Shown piece after piece: positions 48,040 through 59,000 of a DNA stretch of 64,000 bases; position 1 is the first letter of the stretch; every line of letters begins with the position of its first letter. The position numbers and the translations under genes were made by a program. This stretch comes from an uncultured Acidimicrobiia bacterium (lineage in GTDB: Bacteria > Actinomycetota > Acidimicrobiia > Spongiisociales > UBA5794). The notes under the pieces are model-generated. The model ran no database searches and had not been told where the DNA came from. It saw nothing but the letters and a program-made list of their open reading frames with translations. The stretch lies in NCBI GenBank assembly GCA_963753185.1, contig CAVWBO010000007.1:1610914-1674913 (forward strand). The letters run 5' to 3'.

Positions 48040-48486
48040 ATGGATCGATTCGACGATGACGTACGCGAGCCTTCGATGCCTCTGCGTGAAAGGCTCCCCG
48101 ACTATGCCGCCGTGTTCGGAGTCGGGCTCGCAGCATGCGTCGCCGTCGGGCTCGTGGTCTTCGTCCTGTCGACCGTGTCCCTGGCATCGTCCATCGGCTA
48201 CACGGTCATCCTCTACGGTGTCGTCCTCATGCTCGCGGGTGGCGCGACCGGTGGGGGGTACACCAACCTCGGAATGGGGGCGGTCGGCGCAATGTTCGGA
48301 TCTCGACGTACCGATGAGCCCCACGAGAACCTCGGTCGGACATGGTCGGGAAGGGGCAGGGTCGATCCTGCGGAGCGCCTCGAGCGTGGGCTGCGCCCCG
48401 ACGCGAACCCGCGGGCGTTCTGGCAGGTGATCGGTGGGGTCTCGTACCTGGCGATCGGCCTTGCCGTGGTGGTGATCTGGTCCTAA
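48040..48486 (+). CDS. hypothetical membrane protein
   Basis: 148 aa with about 4 TM helices. Starts at ATG 48040 (MDRFDDDVREPS). Confidence 0.4.
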   Translation: MDRFDDDVREPSMPLRERLPDYAAVFGVGLAACVAVGLVVFVLSTVSLASSIGYTVILYGVVLMLAGGATGGGYTNLGMGAVGAMFGSRRTDEPHENLGRTWSGRGRVDPAERLERGLRPDANPRAFWQVIGGVSYLAIGLAVVVIWS

Positions 48487-48929
48487 TCGAACGCCGCGGC
48501 GGTGTGCTCGTGTGCGACGACGAACAGTCCACTCGAGGTGGCCACCGTCCTGTCCGCTCCCTCCATGCGTGCATCGACAAGGAGGCGTCTGCCCCGACGT
48601 TCGCGAACGACTCCGTGGAGGGTGTACCTGGCGTCCGTGTGCGCAGGGGTCAGGTAGCGGATCTCGAGCCTCGCGGTGAACACGAGGACTCCCTCGGTCA
48701 GCATTGCGGACCATGCCGACGCCTCATCGAGTGCGGCCGCAACGACGCCACCATGGAGCGTCGACGCGAACCCTTCGTACTCGGGTCGGGGAACGAAGGT
48801 CGCGGTCACCTCGTCCCGATCCACCATGAAGTCCTCGAGGTGGAGTCCGATGGGGTTGCCGGGGCCGCAACCGAAGCAGCGGTCGTACCGAGCTCGCAAG
48901 CTGGCAATCCGCTCCGGTGACGCCGTCAT
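48483..48929 (-). CDS. PaaI/hotdog-fold thioesterase
   Basis: Motif CFGCGPGNPIGLHL typical of PaaI-type thioesterases. The start was taken at the internal Met (MTASPER). Confidence 0.65.
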   Translation of the reverse strand: MTASPERIASLRARYDRCFGCGPGNPIGLHLEDFMVDRDEVTATFVPRPEYEGFASTLHGGVVAAALDEASAWSAMLTEGVLVFTARLEIRYLTPAHTDARYTLHGVVRERRGRRLLVDARMEGADRTVATSSGLFVVAHEHTAAAFD

Positions 48930-49045
48930 CGGCGATCCCCTCCTCCGGTCGGGACCGGTCGTCGAGCGTTCGAGCCGTCGCACCGCCGATGGGTCGCGCG
49001 GCGTGCTTCATCGCGGTTCACCGGGCCACGGTACCATCGCCCGCC

Positions 49046-49720
49046 ATGGCGCCAACCCACACCGAGGAACCGTCCCCTCAGGAGAAACGCAATGCACGCG
49101 TCATCCTCAGGAGGCTCAGGACCCGGTATCCGGAGATGCACACCGCGCTCGAGTACCAGGACGCGTGGCAGCTCCTGGTTGCGACGGTGCTGTCCGCCCA
49201 GACGACGGATGAGAACGTCAATCGGGTGGCACCCGTCCTGTTCGACCGCTACCCGACACCGGAGGACCTCGCATCCGCCGATCCGGAGGAGGTCGAGCGC
49301 ATCATCTACTCGACCGGGTTCTACCGACAGAAGACGAAGAGCGTCACCGCCCTCGCCGCTGACCTCGTGGCGTCCCACGGCGGTGAGGTCCCGAGGGACC
49401 TCGATGCGCTCACGAAGCTTCGTGGTGTCGGCCGCAAGACCGCATCGGTCGTCCTTGCCGAGGTGTGGGGCGATCCAGCGATCGCAGTCGACACGCATGT
49501 CAAGCGGGTCACGAATCGGCTGGGCATCACCCACTCCCCGGACCCTGCCAGGATCGAGCGTGAGCTCATGGGCCTGTACCCGAAGAAGGACTGGGCGGGC
49601 GTATCGATGCGGTTCATCCAGTTCGGTCGCGAGGTCTGCGATGCGCGGTCGCCGCGTTGTTGGGAGTGTCCCCTCGCAGATCGGTGCAGGTTCGAGCCGA
49701 AGGCGACACCAACGGTGTGA
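49046..49720 (+). CDS. nth: endonuclease III
   Basis: HhH-GPD domain (LTKLRGVGRKTASVVL) and the C-terminal 4Fe-4S ligands CDARSPRCWECPLADRC. Confidence 0.85.
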   Translation: MAPTHTEEPSPQEKRNARVILRRLRTRYPEMHTALEYQDAWQLLVATVLSAQTTDENVNRVAPVLFDRYPTPEDLASADPEEVERIIYSTGFYRQKTKSVTALAADLVASHGGEVPRDLDALTKLRGVGRKTASVVLAEVWGDPAIAVDTHVKRVTNRLGITHSPDPARIERELMGLYPKKDWAGVSMRFIQFGREVCDARSPRCWECPLADRCRFEPKATPTV

Positions 49721-51072
49721 CTCGGTCCCTGCCATTGGCCCTGCGACGCAACCCGAGAGACCGGATGATCGCGGCCCTCGCGATCCCCGCCCTCGGGACC
49801 CTGGCGATGGACCCTCTCGTGTCGATCGTCGACACCGCCTGGGTAGCGAGACTCGGGACGGAGGCACTCGCCGCCCTCGCGATCGCATCGGCGGTCTTCG
49901 CTGCCGTGTTCTCGATCTTCAACTTCGTCCACATGACGATCACCCCGCTCGTGGCGGGCGAGGTCGGGGCCGGTCGGACTGATCGCGCGGGCGCCGTGTC
50001 GAGGGGGGCACTCGGTGTGTCCTTCGGCATCGGCCTCGTCGTCGGGCTCGTGGCGATCGCCTTCTCCGACGCGATCGTCGCATTGTTCGGAGCAGCCCCA
50101 GACGTCGCCGAACTGGCGTCGGATTACCTACGGATCCGGTTCATAGCGCTGCCGATGATGCTCGTCGCGATGGTGGGACACGGGATCTTCCGCGGCCACT
50201 CGGACACGAGGACGCCACTGTGGGTGGCGGTGGGCATGAATGCCATGAATCTCATCCTCGATCCGTTGTTGATATTCGGGCTCGGGCTCGGCGTCGCCGG
50301 TGCGGCGTGGGCAACCGTCGTTGCACAGACGATCGCGGCCGTGTGGTTCCTCGTGCTGATCCTCGGGACACAACGTGAGCGTCTCGGTACCGACGCTCCT
50401 GTGGGGGACCTCGGTTCCCTCGGAATCGGCAGGATCCTCGATGCCGGCTGGCCGATGATGGTTCGGAGCGCGGCGCTGCTCGCGGCCCTGACGGCAACGA
50501 CCGTGGCGGCGTCGCGCATCGGAACGGATCAGGTCGCTGCCCACCAGATCGCGATCCAGGTGTGGCTTTTCCTCTCCTTCGTGCTCGACTCGTTCGCCGT
50601 CGCCGCACAGGCGATGGTCGGCACGGATCTCGGCGCAGGGTCCGTAGCTTCGGCCCGAGGGATCGCGAACCGGTTGCTCGTCCTCGGATTCGTGGCGGGG
50701 GCCGCCCTGTCCGTTGGGCTCGCCCTCACGGCAGGCCTCATACCTGGGCTCTTCTCGGTCGACGATGCGGTGGGCGCAGAGCTCGATTCGATCTATCCGT
50801 TCGTCGTCCTGCTGCAGCCTCTGACGGCGCTCGTGTACGTATGGGACGGCATCGCCATAGGGGCAAGCGCCTTCAGGTATCTCGCCGCGTCGATGGTCGT
50901 GGCGGGCGTCGTGACGATTGCGGCGCTCGCGACCGTCGGCGACACGCTGGTGGGCGTGTGGTTCGCGATCACGCTGCTCACCGTCACCCGGCTGGCGGCG
51001 TTCGTGGTGTGGCACCCCGGGTGGCCACGGGCCGGCGTACCAGGTCCATCCCGCGCGTCTCGGGCAACCTGA
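49717..51072 (+). CDS. MATE-family efflux transporter
   Basis: 12-TM pattern matching MATE (ALPMMLVAMVGHGIFRGHSDTRTPL). The GTG at 49717 overlaps the nth stop. Confidence 0.75.
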   Translation: MTRSLPLALRRNPRDRMIAALAIPALGTLAMDPLVSIVDTAWVARLGTEALAALAIASAVFAAVFSIFNFVHMTITPLVAGEVGAGRTDRAGAVSRGALGVSFGIGLVVGLVAIAFSDAIVALFGAAPDVAELASDYLRIRFIALPMMLVAMVGHGIFRGHSDTRTPLWVAVGMNAMNLILDPLLIFGLGLGVAGAAWATVVAQTIAAVWFLVLILGTQRERLGTDAPVGDLGSLGIGRILDAGWPMMVRSAALLAALTATTVAASRIGTDQVAAHQIAIQVWLFLSFVLDSFAVAAQAMVGTDLGAGSVASARGIANRLLVLGFVAGAALSVGLALTAGLIPGLFSVDDAVGAELDSIYPFVVLLQPLTALVYVWDGIAIGASAFRYLAASMVVAGVVTIAALATVGDTLVGVWFAITLLTVTRLAAFVVWHPGWPRAGVPGPSRASRAT

Positions 51073-52240
51073 GGACCAGGAGCATCGAAACGACGAGTCC
51101 CGCGCCGAGCCCCGACACCGTCGCGGCGAGCCCGATCGTGTCGATGAGCCACGCACCGATGCCGAAGCCGGCGATGCTTCCGACGATTGCCGCGTTCGTG
51201 ACCCATGCGTTCGCCGTTGCGCGAACCCTTGTCGGGAAGAGCTCCGATCGATGCGCTCCGAACGACGGGGTCAGCATCGTGGCTCCGAGCGTCGCGAGGA
51301 ATATCGAGGCGGCGAGGAACCACCCGGAGTCGAGTGCGTAGAACCCGACTCCTCCCACGAGCCCGATCGCGAGTGCTGCAACGGACGTCGGTCGGCGTCC
51401 GTACCGATCGGCAGCCCGACCTCCGACGAGGAGCCCGACTGCCCCGACTCCGGAGAAGACGATGAGGAGGAATCGAGCGGCGCCGGTATCCCAATCGAGG
51501 TCGTTGATCAGCCGTTCGAGAACGAAGTCGAACGCCGGGGATGAGAATGCAGCGACGAAGAACGAGATCCCCGCGAGCGGCCAGAAGTGCTTGGAGAGGC
51601 CCATGTCGAGCGCCTTCACGAACGCGATCCGGGGTCCCGGTGTGAACGCGCGGCTCTCCGGGAGGTACCGCGAGAGCATCGGGAGGAACAGGAGGCCGAG
51701 CGCCGCAAGCCCGAACAGGACACGCCACGCATTGTCGTTTCGCTCTGCGATCGGCAACAGGATGAGGCCGAGGCCGACACCCATCGAACCGGCGAGCCCC
51801 AGAACGCCGATGCCGAGTGCTCGGACGCCTGGCTGGAGTTCCTCCGCTATCAGGACGAGCGTCAAGGCAGCCAACGCGACGACGGCGAGCCGAACGATGG
51901 CCTGCGAGACAACGTACGCGGGAACCGATGGTATCAGTGCGGTTGCGAGGCTTCCGAAGAGCAGGAGTGCGAATGCCGCCAGGATCGGTCGTTTGCGTCC
52001 GTGGGTGTCGGCGGACATCGCGAAGAGCACGCCGAGAAGTGACACTGCCCTGACGATCGCGAACACGGCACTCATCTGACCTTCCGTGAGGTCGAGAGCG
52101 GTACGTGCAAACGGCAGGGTGTGGGGCATCTGGCTGCCCGCGTAGCCTGCCACGAATCCCATGATCGACGTGAGGAACAGGATGCGCCTGTCCCCACTCG
52201 AGAACGCGGTCAACTGTCGAGTTGAGTTCGGGAGACCCAT
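50984..52240 (-). CDS. MFS transporter
   Basis: 12 TM, with the MFS loop motif ADRYGRRP. Its 3' end overlaps the MATE gene 3' end by 89 nt (convergent). Confidence 0.7.
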   Translation of the reverse strand: MGLPNSTRQLTAFSSGDRRILFLTSIMGFVAGYAGSQMPHTLPFARTALDLTEGQMSAVFAIVRAVSLLGVLFAMSADTHGRKRPILAAFALLLFGSLATALIPSVPAYVVSQAIVRLAVVALAALTLVLIAEELQPGVRALGIGVLGLAGSMGVGLGLILLPIAERNDNAWRVLFGLAALGLLFLPMLSRYLPESRAFTPGPRIAFVKALDMGLSKHFWPLAGISFFVAAFSSPAFDFVLERLINDLDWDTGAARFLLIVFSGVGAVGLLVGGRAADRYGRRPTSVAALAIGLVGGVGFYALDSGWFLAASIFLATLGATMLTPSFGAHRSELFPTRVRATANAWVTNAAIVGSIAGFGIGAWLIDTIGLAATVSGLGAGLVVSMLLVLRLPETRGMDLVRRPVATRGATPRTPPAG

Positions 52241-52405
52241 CGTGCCTTCGTCGACGACGGCGGTGAGGATAGTGGCGTTCGGCCCGGGGAGGCATCGACC
52301 AGATGCGACCCCGAGCTCTGTCCTGGTTCATTGCCATCGTGTGAAGTGGGAACATCAGCGACCCCCGTACCGTTGACCATCCGACGATCCCGGACCAGGG
52401 CAACC

Positions 52406-53152
52406 ATGGAAGTGTCACTCCTAGCAGCAGTCTTCGCCGGAGCGGCGTCGTTCCTCTCACCGTGTGTGCTTCCGCTCCTTCCCGGATACGTCTCCCTCAT
52501 GTCGGGCTACGACATGGCAGAGCTCGCCGAGGGCAACGTGTCGATGGGCAGGGTCGTCGGCCGGACAGCGCTCTTCGTCGGAGGCTTCAGCGCCGTGTTC
52601 ATCGCCCTCGGTGCGACGGCGACGTCCCTCTCGGGGTTCCTCAACCAGTCGATCTTCACGGTGATCGCCGGGTGGTTGATCGTCGCCATGGGTTTGTTCA
52701 TCGCCACGACCGCGGTGTGGACGCCCTCGTGGCTGCTGCCCGTGATGAAGGACCGTCGCATCGAGTCGTCGGGAGCGCGAAGGCTCGGCCTGTTCGGCCC
52801 TCCCGTGATGGGGGCGGCGTTCGCATTTGGATGGACGCCGTGCATCGGGCCGTTCCTGGCGACCGCCTTGCTGCTGGGTGCGAACGGCGACACGGTCACC
52901 GATGGCATGATCGTCCTCGCCTTCTACAGCCTCGGCCTCGGAATACCGTTCCTGCTCACCTCGCTTCTCCTGGCCAAGGCGTTCTCGGCGTTCGCCTGGG
53001 TCAAGCGATACCTCACCCAGATCACGGTGGTGTCAGGTCTGATGCTGGCGTTCTTCGGCGTCCTGCTCATCACGGGACGGATCACCGACCTGTCCGCCTG
53101 GTTCTCGGATCTGCTCATCCGCATCGGCCTCGAGGACCTCGCCGAGATCTGA
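52406..53152 (+). CDS. ccdA: cytochrome c-type biogenesis / thiol-disulfide transmembrane protein CcdA (DsbD-like)
   Basis: SPCVLPLLPGYVS and a second TPCIGP cysteine motif; 6 TM. Confidence 0.8.
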   Translation: MEVSLLAAVFAGAASFLSPCVLPLLPGYVSLMSGYDMAELAEGNVSMGRVVGRTALFVGGFSAVFIALGATATSLSGFLNQSIFTVIAGWLIVAMGLFIATTAVWTPSWLLPVMKDRRIESSGARRLGLFGPPVMGAAFAFGWTPCIGPFLATALLLGANGDTVTDGMIVLAFYSLGLGIPFLLTSLLLAKAFSAFAWVKRYLTQITVVSGLMLAFFGVLLITGRITDLSAWFSDLLIRIGLEDLAEI

Positions 53153-53182
53153 TCCCGCTCGGACCCGGTACCCTCGCCACCC

Positions 53183-54697
53183 ATGCGACCGACGCTCAGC
53201 CTCGACGAGTTCCTGCTGTTGGCTCGCGATCACTCCGTCGTTCCGATCGGTGTGGAGATCATGGCCGACTCGCTGACACCTGTTTCGGCGTATCGGGCGC
53301 TCGCCGGTGCCGGTGACGGTTTCCTCCTCGAGTCGGTGGAGGGGGGGAGCGCTGGGGACGGTGGTCGTTCATCGGATGGTGCCCCGCCTTCACGATCACG
53401 ACGACGCGAGGCGTCACATCCATCGATCACCCCGACGTGGCTGTACCGGATGGGGATCCCCTCGACGTGCTCGCCGCGATCACGGACCGCTATGTCGTGC
53501 CAGACGACTCGGACCTCGGATTCCCCTCCGAGGTTCCTCCCCTCCACAGCGGCGCAGTGGGCTTTCTGTCCTACGACATCGTGCGCCACATCGAACGTCT
53601 GGACAATCAGCCCCCCGATGACCGCAACCTGCCAGAGATGGTGTGGCACATGGTCGGGAAGCTCGCCGCGTTCGACCGCGTGCGCGACTCGATCCTCGTG
53701 ATCGTCAACGTCTTCGTCGGGGACGATCCGTCCACGCAGTATGCGGATGCAGTCGGATCCATCGCCTCGACCATCGAGATCCTCTCGACCTCGACGCCCA
53801 TCGAGGCACTCGAGCGCCCCCGATTCGACGGCGTCCCGAACTCGACGAGCAACATGACGAGGGAGGACTTCGAGGGGGCTGTCCGTGTGGCGATCGACCA
53901 CATCCGGGCTGGCGATGCGTTCCAGATCGTCCCGTCGATCCGATTCGAAGCCACCCTTGGCGGGGATCCACTCGCCCTGTACCGCGCATTGCGGATCGTC
54001 AATCCGTCGCCGTTCATGTTTCTCGTTCGCTCCGGCGAGCTCGCGATCGTCGGCTCGTCCCCGGAGTTGATGTCGCGGGTCCGAAACGGAAGGGTCTACT
54101 CGCGGCCGATCGCCGGCACGAGGCCACGCGGGGAGACGGCGGATGAGGATCTCGCACTCGAACAGCAGCTTCTCGCCGACCCCAAGGAGCGAGCGGAACA
54201 CGTGATGCTCATCGATCTCGCCCGCAACGACCTCGGCAGGGTGTGCGTCTTCGGGACGGTGCAGGTCGATGACCTCATGGTCGTCGAGCGATACTCACAC
54301 GTCATGCACATCGTGTCCGGCGTCTCGGGGGATCTCGTCGAGGGGACGAGCCCTGTCGACGTCCTGCGCGCGACCTTCCCGCACGGAACGGTCTCCGGCG
54401 CCCCGAAGGTCCAGCGCGATGGAGATCATCGACACCCTCGAACCGACGGCGCGCGGTCCCTATGCGGGGGCCGTCGGCTACATCGACTTCTCCGGGAACC
54501 TCGACACGGCGATCGGTCTCCGAACCTGTGTCGTGCGCGGCTCCACGGCGTGGGTCCAGGCGGGCGCCGGCGTCGTCGCAGATTCCGATCCTGCTACCGA
54601 GTACGAGGAGTGCGTCGCAAAGGCTCGTGCCGTCCTCGCTGCCATCGAAGCCGCCCGCCATCTCGGCGGATCGATCCCCGCGGAGGACGAGCGGTGA
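53183..54697 (+). pseudogene. trpE: anthranilate synthase component I, interrupted by two frameshifts (about 53341-53347 and about 54410-54418)
   Basis: Three consecutive pieces in different frames: the N-terminus (53183 frame) up to LLESVEGG; the middle (ERWGRWSFIGW...GTVSGAPKV); and the C-terminus ([33 protein letters not shown], 54269 frame). The first shift lies in a G7 homopolymer. Confidence 0.8.
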
Positions 54698-56073
54698 CGT
54701 TCCTCGACCAGATCCTGAGATCCGCCGACGTCCGAGCCGAGGGTGCTCGGCGCGACATCGAGCACTTCCACGCGAGATCCACCGACGCACCTTCGCAGCG
54801 CAGCCTCGCTGAGGCGCTCGTCGCGGACGGGCTTTCGGTCATCGCGGAGATCAAGCGGCGCTCACCATCCGCCGGCGACATCGATGCATCACTCGATCCT
54901 GTGTCGCTCGCCCTCGCATACGAGGCAGGCGGGGCGGCGGCGATCTCGGTTCTCACAGAGCCCCACTTCTTCGGAGGGTCGCTCGACGATCTGGTGGACG
55001 TGCGCGCTGCAGTCTCGATTCCGGTGCTGCGCAAGGACTTCACAAGGGATCCCGCACAGGTCTGGGAGGCCAGGGCGGCAGGGGCAGACGCCGTTCTGCT
55101 GATCGTCGCTGCGCTTGACGACCGTGACCTGCACGCATGCCTCGCGGCCGCGCACGATGCCGGGGTTGACGCCGTGGTGGAGGTTCACACCCTCGTGGAG
55201 GTCGCACGTGCGGTCGCGGTCGGCGCCGGAATCATTGGCGTCAACAACCGTGACCTTCAGAGCTTCACCACGGACCTCACCGTTGCCGAGACCGTCTCGA
55301 TGGCGATCCCGGACGGCGTGGTGCGAATCGCCGAGTCCGGGGTGTCGTCTGCCGAAGGAGCTCGAAGAATGGCAACGGCGGGCTACGACGCGATCCTCGT
55401 CGGTGAGGCTCTCGTTCGTCACGGCGATCCAGCCTCGTTCGTGAACGACGCTGAGGGGCCTGCCATGACGTGGGTCAAGATCTGCGGGATCACCACGCCT
55501 GAGGCGATCCGGTCGGCAGAGGATGCAGGCGCCGATGCCCTCGGCTTCGTGCTCGCCCCGGGTTCGGTCAGGACCCTGTCCGTCGAGGCTGCGCGCCCCC
55601 TGGTGGGTTCGGCATCGATCTCGACCTATGCCGTGGTCGTCGACCTCACACCCGACGAAGCACTCCATGTCGCCGACACGATCGGGGTGACCGGCATCCA
55701 GGCCCACGGGCTCCACGCTCTGGAAACCGCTCGATCCGCCGCCGAGGCAGGCTTCGAGGTGTTGTGCCCGATTCCGGTCGGCCAAGGCGGGCCCACCGTC
55801 GATCCCGCGGCCGTGGTGTCCGAAGCGGTGGTCCTGTTCGATACCGCCCGACGCAGCGGTCACGGGGGATCGGGCACGCCATTTGTGTGGGGCACCATCG
55901 CCGACATCGAGCGTCCCTACGTGGTGGCAGGGGGCCTAGGGCCCGACAATGTCCGGGAGGTGATCGAGCAACTCGATCCCTTCGGTGTCGATGCGTCGAG
56001 CCGTCTCGAGACCATTCCGGGCATCAAGGATCCCGATACCATCAGGGCCTTCGTCGAGGAGGCCAAACGATGA
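54694..56073 (+). CDS. trpC: bifunctional indole-3-glycerol-phosphate synthase / phosphoribosylanthranilate isomerase (TrpC-TrpF fusion)
   Basis: GTG overlapping the trpE stop. The IGPS domain ([15 protein letters not shown]...VLRKDF...GVNNRDL) is followed, without a stop, by the PRAI domain ([10 protein letters not shown]...GFVLAPGS...). Confidence 0.8.
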   Translation: MTFLDQILRSADVRAEGARRDIEHFHARSTDAPSQRSLAEALVADGLSVIAEIKRRSPSAGDIDASLDPVSLALAYEAGGAAAISVLTEPHFFGGSLDDLVDVRAAVSIPVLRKDFTRDPAQVWEARAAGADAVLLIVAALDDRDLHACLAAAHDAGVDAVVEVHTLVEVARAVAVGAGIIGVNNRDLQSFTTDLTVAETVSMAIPDGVVRIAESGVSSAEGARRMATAGYDAILVGEALVRHGDPASFVNDAEGPAMTWVKICGITTPEAIRSAEDAGADALGFVLAPGSVRTLSVEAARPLVGSASISTYAVVVDLTPDEALHVADTIGVTGIQAHGLHALETARSAAEAGFEVLCPIPVGQGGPTVDPAAVVSEAVVLFDTARRSGHGGSGTPFVWGTIADIERPYVVAGGLGPDNVREVIEQLDPFGVDASSRLETIPGIKDPDTIRAFVEEAKR

Positions 56074-56089
56074 GCGCCGAGCGTGACCG

Positions 56090-57268
56090 ATGAGACTGCA
56101 ACGCCCCGACACCAGTGGTCGATTCGGTGCCTATGGCGGTAGGTATGCGCCCGAAACCCTGATGCCAGCGCTCATCGAGCTCGAGACTGCCTTCGTCGCG
56201 GCATGGTCGGACGACGCGTTCCACGCCGAGCTATCGGGCCTCCTGAGCGATTTCGTGGGTCGTCCGACGCCCGTGTATCGCGCCACTCGCCTGTCGGAGC
56301 TCCTCGGAATCGACCTGTGGTTCAAGCGCGAGGACCTGGCCCATACGGGGGCCCACAAGATCAACAACACGGTCGCGCAGGGTCTCCTCGCGAAGCGCAT
56401 GGGGAAGAAGCGAGTAATCGCCGAGACCGGTGCCGGCCAGCATGGGGTCGCTACCGCAACGGCGTGCGCGCTCTTCGGTATCGACTGCGCCATCTACATG
56501 GGCGACAAGGACATGGAGCGGCAGTCGCTCAATGTGCACAGGATGCGCCTCCTCGGAGCCGAGGTCATCCCGGTGTCGTCCGGAGCGGGGACCCTGAAGG
56601 ACGCCGTGTCGGCGGCGATGCGCGACTGGGTTGCCTCCGTCGAATCGACGCACTACATCATCGGCTCCGTGGTCGGTCCCCACCCGTTCCCCTGGATGGT
56701 CCGCGAGTTCCAGAAAGTGATCGGCGAGGAGCTGCGAGCCCAAATGAACGGCGTGGTCAGACCCGCCCCGGACGTGATCGTGGCATGCGTCGGTGGCGGC
56801 TCCAACGCGATGGGTGTGTTCCACCCGTTCGCAGGTGATCGAAACGTCGAACTCGTCGGCGTCGAGGCCGCGGGTCTCGGACTCGCGACCGGCAAACATG
56901 GCGCGTCCCTTGGCGAGGGTTCGCCAGGGGTCCTCCACGGTGCGATGACCTACATGCTCCAGGACGAGTTCGGTCAGGTCGAGGAGGCACATTCGGTGAG
57001 TGCCGGTCTCGACTACCCGGGTGTCGGCCCCGAGCACGCATACTTCAAGGATGCCTCGCTCGTCCGATACGAGAGTGTCACGGATGCCGAGGCGATCGAG
57101 GCCTTCCACCTGATGGCGCGAACGGAGGGGATCATCCCGGCCCTGGAGTCCGCCCATGCTCTCGCGTGGATCGTCCGCGAGGCACCTGCCCTCGGTGGAC
57201 GGACGGTCGTACTGAACCTGTCGGGACGCGGGGACAAGGATGTGGACCAGGTCGTGTCCCGACCATGA
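56090..57268 (+). CDS. trpB: tryptophan synthase beta chain
   Basis: [17 protein letters not shown]-terminus, the PLP-lysine region HTGAHKINN, and the GGGSNAMG motif. Confidence 0.9.
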   Translation: MRLQRPDTSGRFGAYGGRYAPETLMPALIELETAFVAAWSDDAFHAELSGLLSDFVGRPTPVYRATRLSELLGIDLWFKREDLAHTGAHKINNTVAQGLLAKRMGKKRVIAETGAGQHGVATATACALFGIDCAIYMGDKDMERQSLNVHRMRLLGAEVIPVSSGAGTLKDAVSAAMRDWVASVESTHYIIGSVVGPHPFPWMVREFQKVIGEELRAQMNGVVRPAPDVIVACVGGGSNAMGVFHPFAGDRNVELVGVEAAGLGLATGKHGASLGEGSPGVLHGAMTYMLQDEFGQVEEAHSVSAGLDYPGVGPEHAYFKDASLVRYESVTDAEAIEAFHLMARTEGIIPALESAHALAWIVREAPALGGRTVVLNLSGRGDKDVDQVVSRP

Positions 57269-58080
57269 GCGGTGAAGGCCGGGCCGAGCTCGAGGCCGTG
57301 TTCGCACTTGCGAGGGCTGAGAACCGCGCCCTCCTCCTCCCATACCTCACGGCGGGTCTCCCGACGCTCGACGACTCCGTCGAGCTGTTCGTCGCGATGG
57401 CAGATGCGGGGGCCGACGGATTCGAGGTCGGCATTCCGTATGCGGATCCGCTGATGGATGGGCCCGTGATCATGCGGGCAGGGGAGCTCGCTCTCGAGGG
57501 TGGCATCACGGTCGAGGGTTCGCTCGAGGTCGTGCGCCGCGTGCGAGAGAGGACGGGAAAGCCGATCCTCGTGATGACGTACGTCAATCCCGTCCTGCGT
57601 CACGGAATCGACGCCTTCTTCGACAGGGTCGCCGACGCGGGAGGATCCGGGGTGATCATCGCGGACCTGCCCGTGGACGAATCGGGGCCGTTCGTCGACG
57701 CGGCCGCCATGCGCGGCCTCGGGATGGTCCAGTTCGCCGCCCCGACCACCGACCATGATCGTCTCGCAGCGATCGCAGGGCGCGATCCTGTGTTCGTGTA
57801 CGCGATCGCCGAAGTGGGAGTGACCGGTGAGCGGCATGGGGCCTCGACCCGGATCGAGGGGCTTGCATCAGCCATCCGAGGCGTGACACAGGCGCCAATC
57901 GTCTTCGGTGTGGGCATTGCGACGCCTGACCAGGCGGCAGCCGCTGCTCGTGTCGGCGACGGCGTGATCGTCGGGACGGCGATCGTGAGACGGGTGCTCG
58001 AATCCGAGTCGGTGGACGACGCCCGCCGTGCACTCGTCGATGCGGTCGAGGCACTAGCCATCGCGGTCCGGCGCGGATAG
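57265..58080 (+). CDS. trpA: tryptophan synthase alpha chain
   Basis: ATG overlapping the trpB stop; TrpA pattern ([10 protein letters not shown]...[21 protein letters not shown]). Confidence 0.85.
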   Translation: MSGEGRAELEAVFALARAENRALLLPYLTAGLPTLDDSVELFVAMADAGADGFEVGIPYADPLMDGPVIMRAGELALEGGITVEGSLEVVRRVRERTGKPILVMTYVNPVLRHGIDAFFDRVADAGGSGVIIADLPVDESGPFVDAAAMRGLGMVQFAAPTTDHDRLAAIAGRDPVFVYAIAEVGVTGERHGASTRIEGLASAIRGVTQAPIVFGVGIATPDQAAAAARVGDGVIVGTAIVRRVLESESVDDARRALVDAVEALAIAVRRG

Positions 58081-58141
58081 ACCTTCAGTTCGCAGTGCGG
58101 CGTCTGCCGATGGAACCTCATGGACATGACGCGTCGCGCCG

Positions 58142-58224
58142 TACCGGGAGTGGGACTCGAACCCACACGAGCTTTCGCCCAACGGATTTTGAGTCCGCCG
58201 CGTCTACCATTCCGCCATCCCGGC
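58142..58224 (-). tRNA. tRNA-Leu (anticodon CAA), CCA not encoded
   Basis: Hand-folded: acceptor GCCGGGA/TCCCGGT, D-arm GCGGAATGGTAGACGC, anticodon loop CTCAAAA, a long variable arm, and T-arm GTGGGTTCGAGTCCCAC. Confidence 0.75.
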
Positions 58225-58403
58225 TCGGTGGAGAGCACGATGGTAGGGGCGAGCGACCCATTGACGTTGCGTCCTTCGTGTGTGAATCATCGAGGAGCCA
58301 GAGGGTGTCGCACGGTGGGGACGTCGCAGGAAGCAGGAGAGAATGTCAGTGACACAATGTGGTCGGTGTGCTACTCTCTGCAAGAATTCGAGCTGAGGGG
58401 CCG

Positions 58404-59000
58404 ATGAGGATGTTCACACGCCGAAGGAACGAGACCAACGAACGCGGAGTAGCCATGGTGGAGCTGGCGTTGGTGCTCCCCCTGTTCATCCTGCTCATCT
58501 TCGGGCTCATCGAGTTCGGGCTTCTCTTCCGCGAGCGCCTGACGATCGCCTCTGCGGTCTCGTCTGCGGCGAGGACGGGTGCGACGATGGGACAGAATGA
58601 CGAGGCCGATTATCGGATCCTCCAGGCCCTCGAGGCAGGTCTCTACGATCAGGTCGACGCCTCCGTCCTCATCAGCGTCGAGATCTTCAAGGCCAATCCC
58701 GTCACCGGCGCCAAGGCGGGCCCCGTCGACCGATACATCTACGATGGGAGCCTCGTGGGGTGCAAGTGGAGTCCATGCCCCGACCCCAGCCTTGCGGTGA
58801 TTCCCTACGGCAGCCCCGCAACGTACCCACCGAGCGCGCGGGACACGACCCTCGATCCCCTCGGTGGCGGTCTCGATGTCCTCGGTGTCGAGGTCGTGTA
58901 CCAGCACTCGACGGCCACGAACCTCATGCCCATGCTCGATTTGCAGTTGACCGAACGAGCCCTCGTCCGCCTCGAGCCTGACGTTTTCGGAGCGCCGTGA
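58404..59000 (+). CDS. TadE-like pilus assembly/pseudopilin protein
   Basis: N-terminal TadE motif ERGVAMVELALVLPLFILLIFGLIEFG. A GAGGGG SD precedes the ATG. Confidence 0.65.
   Translation: MRMFTRRRNETNERGVAMVELALVLPLFILLIFGLIEFGLLFRERLTIASAVSSAARTGATMGQNDEADYRILQALEAGLYDQVDASVLISVEIFKANPVTGAKAGPVDRYIYDGSLVGCKWSPCPDPSLAVIPYGSPATYPPSARDTTLDPLGGGLDVLGVEVVYQHSTATNLMPMLDLQLTERALVRLEPDVFGAP

Noticed and set aside
58142-58224. Concern that the tRNA-Leu call is wrong because position 1-72 would be a G-U pair
   Set aside because: All other tRNA features (U8, D-arm, 7-nt anticodon loop with U33 and A37, long variable arm, GTTCGAGTC T-loop) are intact. A single wobble pair does not invalidate the call, though a covariance-model scan would settle the exact ends.
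58142-58403. Integrated mobile element or prophage at tRNA-Leu
   Set aside because: No integrase, excisionase or duplicated tRNA 3' end is recognisable between the tRNA and polA. Only the tadE/tadG-like pair is present.
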